Origin: Ministeria vibrans ATCC 50519
Taxonomy: Eukaryota > Protista > Filasterea
Direction: 5' to 3'
NCBI GenBank assembly: GCA_943704425.1
Contig: CALSCP010001760.1
Location: 1 to 37,125 of the forward strand
Length of the DNA stretch: 37,125 nucleotides
Both the position numbers and the translations under genes were made by a program. The notes beneath the pieces are model-generated. The model made no database searches, was not told the DNA's origin, and saw nothing but the letters and a program-made list of their open reading frames with translations. Numbering within the stretch: position 1 is the stretch's first letter; every line of letters starts with the position of its first letter. Shown here piece by piece: positions 1 through 10,313 of this stretch.

Positions 1-4
1 GCAA

Positions 5-72
<68 letters not shown>

Positions 73-80
73 GTGTGTGT
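5..80. repeat. (GT)n microsatellite
   Basis: Direct read; one interruption at about 68. Confidence 0.95.
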
Positions 81-425
81 TGGTGGATCTTTGAGAAGGA
101 ATTTCTGAGAAAGGGCGCGAAAAGGTGTACCAGCTGTTGCGACATGTCCAAGGACTGGGACAGTCACTGTGAGACGTGTGAATGACCGCCCAGTGGTCAA
201 AACGAACCGTAGCTGTAGCAAGTGTAAAAAGTGGTTTGGAAATTGGAATTGAGAATTTGAAAGTGGCGCGCTCGCTCATTATCGTTCGCCAAGCTCGATG
301 GCACTTCATTCATGCCTCCAATAACCAATTGGCACAGCCTGCATAGTGACAGAGTGACACAGTGACACTATCAAACATAACGGACTTCTTGGCCTTGCGT
401 GGCGGGCATTTCTAAATAAGGAAGG

Positions 426-507
426 CATCTTGTATATACAAGACGACATCTTGTATATACAAGGTCCCACCATATAAAAGGCGAAAAATTCCAATTACCG
501 CTCAGTT
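426..507 (+). promoter_or_regulatory. Putative Pol II core promoter: two CTTGTATATACAAG palindromes, TATA box and Inr
   Basis: Palindromes at 429-442 and 450-463; TATAAAAG at 473-480; TCAGTT at 502-507 with its A 31 nt after the first T of the TATA box; ATG at 542. Confidence 0.55.
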
Positions 508-541
508 TTTTCTCTACCTTTCTACACTAGTTCTGGAAACA

Positions 542-775
542 ATGGATGCGAAGATGACCAATGGGGAGGGGGACGGGAAACGCAGTCGCGCAGACCTCAC
601 AGAAACCTCGGGTGGCGAGGACGAACCGACACCACCGCGACGCGGGGTGACCAAACCTCCGCGCAAGCGACACCACAACCCCTCCGTCCCAATGGAGTTC
701 GAGGCGAGCAGCAGCACCTCGGGCACGGCCGAGTCCTTTTACATTGTAACAGACACGCACCATCTTCTGATTGAG
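542..775 (+). CDS. Probable first exon of an unidentified, possibly truncated gene
   Basis: ATG downstream of TATA/Inr; MDAKMTNGEG...KPPRKR (NLS-like); donor GAG|GTATTT at 775/776; downstream exons unclear and the region runs into satellite DNA. Confidence 0.35.
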
Positions 776-1245
776 GTATTGTAGAGCTCTTGTTTATTCA
801 CCAGAGAACGCAATTGCAGACTCTAAGCAGAGCATGGTATTCTTCCGCTTACTCTAAAGGTGGCCTGGCGCAACACGCACCGTCGCTGGAGAATTTCTCC
901 TGCCGTCCCCTCGCAGCACTCGAGCATTACTTGCCTGATAGTTGCCTCAAACGCAGTGTCTCTAAACTCACCAGTATATACAAACCAACACATCACCACT
1001 CTGCGAGGATAAAACTAGAACGGTTGTGCCGAAATCAAGCGTCCTGCAACGCGCTGCCATCTCACCCCGAACTCACCCCTAGAATTAGGACAAAGAACAG
1101 TGCATGTCGTCAGACTGTCTCTTACCTACGTGTGTACTACCTCGCAGACTCAGACAGAACAGGGACACGAACTGCAATTACACCAAACAACCGAACGTAA
1201 ACCGTAGCCTTAACCCAGTGATCACTAGAACCCTAACCCGATTTA

Positions 1246-1901
1246 CCCAGCCGTATCATGCCACCCAGCCCGAACTATAACCCTAACCCAGCGCTATCTT
1301 GCCACCCAACTGGAACTATAACACTAACCCAGCCGCATCTTGCCACCCAACTGGAACTATAACACTATCCCAGCCGTATCATGTCATCCAGCCCGAACAA
1401 TAACACTAACTCAGCCGTATCTTGCCACCCACCCCAAACTATAACACTAACCCAGCCCTATCTTGCCATCCAGCGCTAACTATAACACTAACTCAGCCCT
1501 ATCTTGCCACCCAACTGGAACTATAACACTAACCCAGCCGTATCATGTCATCCAGCCCGAACAATAACACCAACTCAGCCGTATCATGCCACCCAGCCCG
1601 AACTATAACACTAACCCAGCCCTATCTTGCCATCCAGCGCTAACTATAACACTAACTCAGCCCTATCTTGCCACCCAACTGGAACTATAACACTAACCCA
1701 GCCGTATCTTGTCATCCAGCCCGAACAATAACACTAACTCAGCCGTATCATGCCACCCAGCCCGAACTATAACTCTAACCCAGCCCTATCTTGCCACCCA
1801 CCCCAAACTATAACACTAACCCAGCCCTATCTTGCCATCCAGCGCTAACTATAACACCAACTCAGCCCTATCTTGCCACCCAGCCCGAACAATAACACTA
1901 A
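1246..1901 (+). repeat. 41-bp tandem satellite, 16 contiguous copies, telomere-repeat-derived
   Basis: Consensus about CCCAGCCSTATCTTGCCACCCAGCCCGAACTATAACACTAA; units start at 1246+41n (unit 16 at 1861); further copies at about 1985-2025 and 2545-2610. Confidence 0.95.
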
Positions 1902-1961
1902 CACTAACCCTAACACTAACCCTAACCCTAACCCTAACCCTAACCCTAACCCTAACCCTAA
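1902..1961 (+). repeat. Interstitial telomeric repeat (CCCTAA)n
   Basis: Seven perfect CCCTAA at 1920-1961, preceded by CACTAA/CCCTAA variants; more hexamers near 2020-2036 and 2522-2545. Confidence 0.9.
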
Positions 1962-2722
1962 CCCAGCCCAAACTATAACCCTAACCCAGCCCTATCTTGC
2001 CACCCAGTCCGAACTATGACGCTAACCCTAACCCTAAGAGCACAGCTCGGTCTTAGGGTCGCCTCTAACCCTAACCCAGCCCTGTTTTGCCTCCCAAGTG
2101 CAACTATCCACCTCGACCCTCAAACAAATCTCACGTCTCAAGCATCTCTGCCTAAACCCGGTGGGCGCACGTTAAAGTCGACTATCTATCTTGCCTACCT
2201 TCTGTCGTTTCACTGCGCCATCAGAGTTTGCCTCCCTCTTGTCGCCCTTACTGACGAGACAGGAAGTTGACGGTTTCTTCTGTTGTATTGCTTCTCAGTG
2301 ATGTGCACATGCCGAGCTCTGTCTCGCCATCTCTCTCGCCACCCTGCCCTGTCTCCTCACCACAGCTAACAAAGAAGTTTATCACCCTAAGCCTTCTTCT
2401 CCGACCGCGGCGCTCACAGTCACACTGCGGTCACATGCTAACACTTCCTGTCTCTGCGACCCACTAGAAATAACATCCACTGTTTCATATTTGTATGTAT
2501 AATCTAATCTGGTAGCGACGACCTAACCCCAACCCGAACTCTAACCCAGCCGCATCTTGCCACCCAGCCCTAACAAAAACACTAACCCAGCCCTATCTCG
2601 CCACCCAGCGCTGTCTTTCCATCGTCACGGACAGCGAGACCCCATCTTACTGCCACCGGCCCGTAATATTTCCCCCATGCAACACCCTGCACCCCTTTAA
2701 ACAGAGAAGTCCCACCATTCAT

Positions 2723-3001
2723 GTCCATCACGCCAACTGATGGTTCGCATCCTCTCCTTAACAGAAGAACTCCCACGGCTTGATCTTTTCTGTTGTAATC
2801 CCACACACACATTTGGGTACTATGCAGAAGTTCAACAGCGTCTCATTTTAACTCATGTACAAGTCCATCACGCCAATTGATGGTTCACATCCTCTCCTTA
2901 ACAGAGGAACTCCCACGGCTCGATCTTTTCTGTTGTCCTCCCACGCACACATTTAGTATGCAAGAAGTACAACAGCGTCTCATTTTAACTCATGTACAAG
3001 T
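2723..3001. repeat. ~140-bp diverged tandem duplication
   Basis: GTCCATCACGCCAA...CATTTTAACTCATGTACAAG starts at 2723 and again at 2863. Confidence 0.9.
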
Positions 3002-3727
3002 ATCAGACTGCAATGGCGGCTTCATCTTCACTCTCGGCTCTCATCCCCGCGCGCCAGCCCACTCCTTCCTCTCATCTTTCTTGCGCTTCTGGTCTTAGTC
3101 TGTGTTCTTCTGCTCCTTGATTATGCACTCACACCACAGTCTCTCCTCCTCCTTTCCAAACAGATACGGGCGGAAGGGGACCCCGGGCCGTTACGTCCAC
3201 CAATTGCGCTAAATCATGCTCGCAGCACTTGCCCCCCTCCCCGACCAGTCTCAAAAGCGAACAGAGCGAGCGTGGTAGGCCAGAGTTCTTTGTCGACCAA
3301 GGTGAGATTTTGCCAAACGCTGTGTGTAGTGTCTCCCTACCACGTAACAACAAAACATGAGCCTCGCATAAGAAACATGCACACACTATCTGTTCACGTT
3401 TCTTACGTCTCGCCGAAGGAAGTTGTCGACGGAGTGTTCAACCGCGCCTCGCAGAGCTACCTCACCTGCTTGCCTGCAACAAAAGCTCTGGCTGTTCTCC
3501 AAATCCACTGTTCTGTCTTTGCCACTCTCTGTCTCTGTCTCTCTCTGACTTTTGTCTGTCTCTCACTCCCTCTCGCTTTTTTGCCTTTATGCAGAAGTGA
3601 CGCGTATCTCCAACGACAGTAATATCTCTCATTTTTTTGTTTATTATTTTCTTTCTTTGGTTTCTCTCTTTTCTTTTTCTGTTCTCTTCCTCTTCTTCTC
3701 TCTCACTTGTTGTACTCTCACTCGTTC

Positions 3728-6700
3728 TCAGCACTGTTTCAAGGAGATCGTCTCAACAGTTTCCAAGATTGTTCCATTTGCACCAAAGCCACCGCTCACA
3801 ACTAGGAAACACGCATCAAGTTCAGCGCCGCCAGGCGTCGTTGAACCTCTGAGAATGGATGCAGAAGTGCCGTGGCGAGGTGTGTTCATCTCACCGAGAC
3901 CCAACCATTGCTGTGAGGTAGTGTCAAATGCATCGATGATACCTGTGATAGTGCCATCATGCAGCACACCCCCCGCAAAGATGACAAAGCGATCCGCATG
4001 CGTGCAAGAAGCGGCATGTCGTCTCGGGTGGGCGTATGGTATGGAGCGGTGCCGAACGAGTTGTGGTGACATAGTGGGGCCCAAATTACGCAGGCGAAAC
4101 AGATCCAACATCGTCGCATTCGCCTCGGAACTACCACCGCTGACAAGAATGTAAGGACCCACAGTGTGCACAGCTGTACCATCAACACGCCCATGGGACA
4201 GGGGTGGGCCCGTGGTCCACTGCAGCGTGGGCAGATGCAGAACTTCAGTGGTAGTCAGTAGCGTGTGTCCACCGTTCAGCGTGGTGCGCCAGCCACCAGC
4301 AACAAACACCTTGTCGCCCAAGATGGCGACGCCTGGTGCTGCACGTGACTCGTTCATATGCAACAGGGAGTGCGCCGGGATGGTACCATTGTGCAGAAAC
4401 GCGTTTGAATCCTCCGGAGAGGCAAACGGCCAAGCAGATTGTCCTTCGTACTCGTGAGACATCGTAGTGTCGTGTGATGAAAAGACAATCTCCAGTGGTG
4501 CATCTTGCGCTTCCTCGGCGTACCACTGATTTCGTGGCAGTGCAATAGCGACAGTGACCTCGACCACATCGGATTCTGAGAGAGGCACGAACGGGTCGGC
4601 GCTGTCACGACCACCCGCGGTGACAATTAAAATCTCCGTGCCCCCACCGATGTCTTGTTGGCTGGAGCGTCGAGCTAAATGTGGTAGCGTCGAAGCTGCC
4701 GGTGTCTTCACACACGCCGCGCCAACGTACGCCCGTGGGCCTGACAGTAGTCCGCGTCCCGGCCAGAGTTCTATCTGGTCTCGAGCTGTCGCAATGAGGT
4801 GGCTGCGCAACTCGCTCTTTGAGTGGAATGCCAGCAGAATCACTGAAGTGTCTAGTGGACGTCCAGATCGAATGCCGCCGACAAGAAAGATCAGCCCTGC
4901 TGGAACAGGCCTAATTTTAATGTTTTCTAGTGAGCCTGCGGACGGCTCGCTACCGTTACCATAACCATGGATGTAGACTGGATCCGGGGCCGGGACAGCC
5001 TGTGGAAACGAAATGGAAAGCGTTGTGGCCCCAACAACATTCTCTGCGTCTGAGAAAATCCACACGGGTCGTGAGGATACGCGTTGGGTGTATCCATTGT
5101 GAATGGATGTGCGCATATGATCAATCTCAAGGGTGTCCACGAGCCCGTATGACTCTTTGAGATTCTCACCAGCAAGGAAGGGATCGGGACGGGGCTTTCC
5201 AGCCCGAACGCCGCCAAGAACGAGCACAATGGTGCTATTGAAAACCTCGATACAAGTCGGCTTGGCGCGTGGCGAGGCGAGATGTTTCTCTGGTAGACGA
5301 GTTGCGAGTGTGTCAGTGAGTGCATTCCGGGTGTAAAACGCCGCATCACTGCCTATGTCCCAGTTAGTCATGCACACGGGATGTGCTGTCATTAGACCAT
5401 TGTGGAAGTGAAAGTCGGAGCGGCAAACGGCTGCGGCAGGGCACTTGGAGTGCTCTACAGAGCGACACCCATCATACTGGAAGCAATTTGGATATTTCCG
5501 TTCGCTGCACGACGTGAACGCAGGGCTCAGAGTGGGTGATTGCGCAGGCACCATTGCAGCTCGTCGTGTCATAGCATTTGGGTAGAGTGGAAGAACAACT
5601 GAGCGCAAGCTCCACAAAAAGTGGGGATCAGGGTCGCTCACATTAACAGTGCTGAGCGGCACGAGTGTGTAAGCGCGGATAAGACCGCCATCGGTGAATG
5701 GTGAGAACTCAGTGTGTGCCAACCTAAGCGCAAAAGCTGTAGTGCCATTCCGGTCTTCGTCTGTCAGCAGGAGAAAGCCCTCGCTGGTTACGCGTGATGC
5801 TTGCAGCTGTGTCACCATCGAGTTCTGGTCGGGTAGAGACGATAATTTCGAGCAGAAGTCCTTGTCGTGGAGCACATTGTACACTAGGCGCCATGAGCTG
5901 TCCGTGGAATTATACAGGGCGCCGATTTGGTACATATTCGACGCTTTGATGCCCTCATTGACGTACTGCCGCACCATGACGAGACAAGTGGCTCCAGATG
6001 GAGGCCGTGGAGAGCTTTCCTGAGTCCAGGTTGCAAACGAGAAAAGGGTAGACACTTGAGGGCGCGCCATCGCGATATTGGGGTTCCACTCGATAGCAGA
6101 CCCATCCGCTACGCCGACAAGCTTGTTCAGATCGGGCGAGTCTGATCTGCCCAATGTCGGCTGTGCACAGTTGCAGTGGTCTGTGTTGATAGCCCAAGAG
6201 CATGCGTAGAATCCAAATTTGTCTTGGAATGGATCTTCCCCTGCGTTAGTAGTGTTAGGCATACCATTTCCCAAGTCGTCCGCATGTTTGTGCGCAGACG
6301 ATCCCACATTTGCGTTGCGTGAGAAGCAACGAGGTGCATGGAAGGCGAGGTTGGATGGGTAGGGCGCAGGTGTGTCGGTGTACGGAAAGTAGAGTGGCGC
6401 GTAGGGTACGTGGGACACCAGTTGCGTGAGTGTACCCACTGCCATCTGCGCTGGATCCCCAGCAACACACACGCCGTGCAGTTTGAGGTCACAGGCTGAC
6501 TGTTTCTGCCACATCATGCCAATCTGCTTATCCAACTCGGCCTGCACAAGAGGGGCCCGGGCACTCTCGTTTGTGCTGCGCAGCACAAACGCAACGAGGG
6601 AGGAGAGGGGCATGAATGTGTAGTCTGTGAATGTCATCATCTCCGACGCCTCACTGGCGTCCGGATTGAACATACTGTTGATCCAGTCTTGCACAAGGTG

Positions 6701-8067
6701 TTGACCAGATTCTCCAATCGCGCTGCTGCCCTGTTCGTGGGCAGCAAAGACAGCTTGTGCTGTTTTGTTTGTGCCACCGACGATGCGGAAAACGCTCTTG
6801 TGCAGTGCCGTGCTCGCACTCGTCGATGTGTTGTATTCCGCCGACGTGTGCGCTGAGATGAGGCCCAGATAGCTCGCCTTGGCTTCCACACGCAGGCGCG
6901 TTTCGTCCAAGGAGGTGATCGACTGGTCGCTTACGCTGCTCTCGATGGTACCGCCAACGTTGATCGACGTTGCGATGTGGCTACCGTACGTGTCGACGAA
7001 GTTGCTGTAGGCATTGCTGGCGCCAGAACACGGCGTCATTCCGTTCTGATTCTGCATTGTAGTAATTTCATATTGGACGCGCAGGTTGTGGCAGGCTGTG
7101 ATGAAGTTGTCAGTGAGTATGGACATGTTGAACATGGCGCCTGGCGCCAGCGTGTAGGAGGCGAGCTTGTGTCGAATAGCAAACTCGGCAAGAGACACAG
7201 ACTGCTCTCGTGCCGATTCACTGCTGAAGCGAGAGCTTACACTGAAGCTGAACAGGCCCAGGTTGATTCCAATGGACGCCTGTGCCACGAGTGAGTTTGC
7301 GTAGTTTTGGGCTGACTCGTAGAAGTTTTCCGTGATCCCGGTGAAAGTTGGCGCAAGCGGTCCCTGGAGGAGATTTGGGTCGGTAAGGGTGGCAAGACGA
7401 CGCTCGTGGATAAATGGACTATTCTGCTTGACACCTGGAGACAGGGAGAGCTGTAGTTCATCGGAACCAAAGGAGGAGGCACTGTTGAGATAGTCGTTGA
7501 GATCGAATGTGAGACCGATGCTTGTCCGGTTGAACGGGAAATGTGAAGCATCAGGAAGCAGTGTTGACGGATCTTCAGGTGATGGTTGTGGTGGGGCAGG
7601 ATGGTTAGTAGAATCGGGGAGCGGTGCGTTGCCCATGCTGAACTTGGACAGAAGGTAGTGCTTATGAGATTCAACTGTTTCGATGCCAAGTACGGTGAGT
7701 TGGTCGCAATGGTCGCCAAAGTGAGTTGGGCGACACATACAGCTTGGTATGTCGGTGACAGGGTCGGTAGTACACGTTCCGCCAAAGCGACAGAGGAACG
7801 AGTCGCAGTTTGCGGTGATTGTGCGGCGCGATCGAACGGCGGTGTCTGGGGCTGATGCCTCGGCTGTTTGCGAATGGAGATCCGGATATGAGGGCGTGTG
7901 GATACGCATCAATGCAGAGAATTCTTACCGGCAGCAACAGGAGGAGGAGGGCGGGGAGAGAGCGAGACAGGATCGGGTGACGGAAGCGCGTTTGACGCGG
8001 TTGTCTGCAGTAACACTGCGAGAGAAAGGGCTATCAGTTGCAGATGCAGCCAGTCAGATAGACGCAT
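3728..8067 (-). CDS. Secreted EGF-MACPF-Kelch repeat protein (perforin-like), about 1420 aa; exons 8067-7929 and 7863-3728
   Basis: Exon 1 MRLSDWLHLQLIALSLAVLLQTTASNA is a signal peptide, and a 65-nt GTAAG...AAACAG intron joins it in frame. Six-Cys EGF motif at 7807-7706; MACPF signature FVDTYGSHIATSINVGG at about 7000-6950; seven hydrophobic-GG Kelch motifs (e.g. VFVAGG...QWTTGPPL, VIFAGG...QWLGLGEMNTPR) at about 5250-3740. Confidence 0.88.
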
Positions 8068-8415
8068 TGCAACGAACGGGTCAGGGTTAGGGTTAGCGAC
8101 GGAAAAAGAAGAAGAAAAAAAATAGCCGAACGATACTCATTCAACAGACGCTTTTGAAACATAAAAATAAGCGAGAAGTGTGTACAAAAAAAATATAAGC
8201 GAGAACTGTGTACAAAATGCGAGTTGGCGTCGGATTCAATCTGACGAGGTGGATCGAGTGTTATACAGTGTTGGTGATGACTCATGCTTGACTGCGGCGG
8301 CAGCGGTATTGTAGAACGGACGAGGTGAGAGATCCCAGAACGAGAATTTTCAATTTCGTCGCAAATTGCTCAGTCAGCCTTTTCTACAAAGCAGTCCACT
8401 GACCACCGGGGACGT

Positions 8416-10010
8416 ATGTCAAACACCTTCTGCACATTGATTGTAGCGCTTGTCGGGTTGCAGCTCGCTCATTCGTTCAAAGTCCCGAACAATCGCAACT
8501 ATACCGATTTTGCCTTCACCAACGGCCAGGTCGAGGTCATTGCGACGAGTGTATGGGCACAAGAAGGCCAATTCTTCGGGTTTGCCGAACAGTTGCTCGA
8601 GCCGAACCGCGTTGTTGGCATCATCGAGCTCGGTTCAGACTCGGTCAATATGAGCATTCAGAGTATCTTCGTCGCGGACAATGGCACTGTCATTCTTGGC
8701 AACGCCGCCAATGTAGGGTCATCCTCGTGCGAGTAAGCTGAACGCGTTGAGCCGAAATCTGTTGCTATCTCATTTGGCTGTTGTCTTGTTTCTTTAGCTG
8801 GGCAAATCAGCCTTACGTTCACACGCAAGCAGTCGCTGTCGGCGAGGGAGGCATCGTGGCGGTCGTGCTACCGGACAACTCGGACGACGACAAGCCAGTT
8901 GTGAACGTGCACGTGTTCAAATTCGTCCTTGGGGACTTGATCACGGCACCCGTGCGGATGCAAACGACCAACATTTACAACGCCGCATTTGCGCCCTTGA
9001 GCATTTTCTCTTCCGTCAAGTACGTGCGCGATAGCTTGTTCGCGATGGGGTTTGTGTCAAAAATCTTCAACACAACGACTAGTCGTCCTGTGTCTGGGGT
9101 AGTTGTCCAGGCATTCCGTATCAACGTGGACGGTGGCGTGGTGGCCGGGCCACCAGAAGCGCTGCTCGACAGCATCTGTCACGACGGAGGTGAAGCAGAC
9201 ATTTTCGCGCCGTTCCCCATCGTTGAGGTGGCGGACGCGGCAAACATGACGTTGCTCGTGTCCGGGGCGATTTTGGTCTGCCCAACTGTCCTCGCCTTAG
9301 CGCGAGTAGCAGATGGTTTGAGCATCTCTGTGCTGGCAAGCACCCCTTTCCCCCCGTTTGAGGTTGGCCCGATAAGGTATCCCCTAAAGGACCCTTTGTC
9401 TCCGCCGGGAATTGCCATTGTTAATCAGACTCACGCACTTGCGCGAGTGCGTGTGCTGCGCACCAATTCAACAGTGGAAGTGGGCAACTGCGAGTACGGG
9501 TTTGCGGCAATGGCTGCCTGGGTGCTCGTGCGCACAGATCTTGAGGCACACTCGTTTGATGTCGGAGCTGAGCCCCTGTTTTGGTCTCCCTTGACACCTG
9601 CATGTGCCTTTGGAAGCCAGAATAATTTGGAGCCGATATTACAGCCGGTACTGAAAGCGTCGCAGCACGTAGGGGATACTGTTCGGCTGTTTAGCATGGA
9701 GACCATTTCAAACGCGTCACTCAACGGCACACACTTGTTCACCTTTGTCCCTACCATTATTGACTACAACCCTTTGAATGGACGTGCTCGTTTTGCAAAG
9801 GCCGATCGTGTGTACCTTGGTGTTCCGCCCGACACGAAACGCAACAAGACCACATCAAACACCTCCAGCAGTGCCTTTTATAATCTGGGACAGGCAGTGG
9901 TCGCGCTCAACGAGACAGCAGTGCTCTATGGAATACAGTTGGTCTCCGATTCTGGCCTCACCTTCACCGCAACGCTGCAAGTGATGCGACATGTGCCTGA
10001 ACTGGATTAA
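8416..10010 (+). CDS. Secreted beta-rich orphan protein, about 509 aa; exons 8416-8732 and 8798-10010
   Basis: Signal peptide MSNTFCTLIVALVGLQLAHS; a 65-nt GTAAG...TTTAG intron joins the two ORFs in frame; many N-x-S/T sequons; no family recognised. Confidence 0.75.
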
Positions 10011-10313
10011 ACATCATAAGGAGGTTGGAAGTCAGGAAAAGCTCTATTGCTTTTCACATAAAAATAATACTACCATTATCAGTTCTAGAAGAAGAAATTA
10101 ATATTATTTTTATATCACCATGGGTTTTCTCTTCGGAACCGAGTCCACATTCTCGTGTGGTTTCAATTACTTGGATGAGGTTCAATGTCGCTCTCGCCCT
10201 AGTTTTTCTTGCTTGAGAATTTGTTGAAAAGAAACAACCCATAATTAATAATGTTATTATTAATAATTATTATTGCTGTAGCGAAAAAAAAATTTTATTG
10301 TTTTATTCACGCA

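Noticed and set aside
1-20. Window start GCAAGTGTAT(GT)n identical to the sequence from 18323
   Set aside because: Only about 10 non-repeat bases match and the sequence after the GT tracts differs; could be chance or an assembly effect.
81-250. Cys-rich translation (CTSCC...HCETC, CSKC)
   Set aside because: Short, split across frames with stops; no family could be supported.
1246-1901. 41-bp array as a CRISPR-like array
   Set aside because: Units are contiguous with only a few variable bases that are reused; no unique spacers and no cas-like genes.
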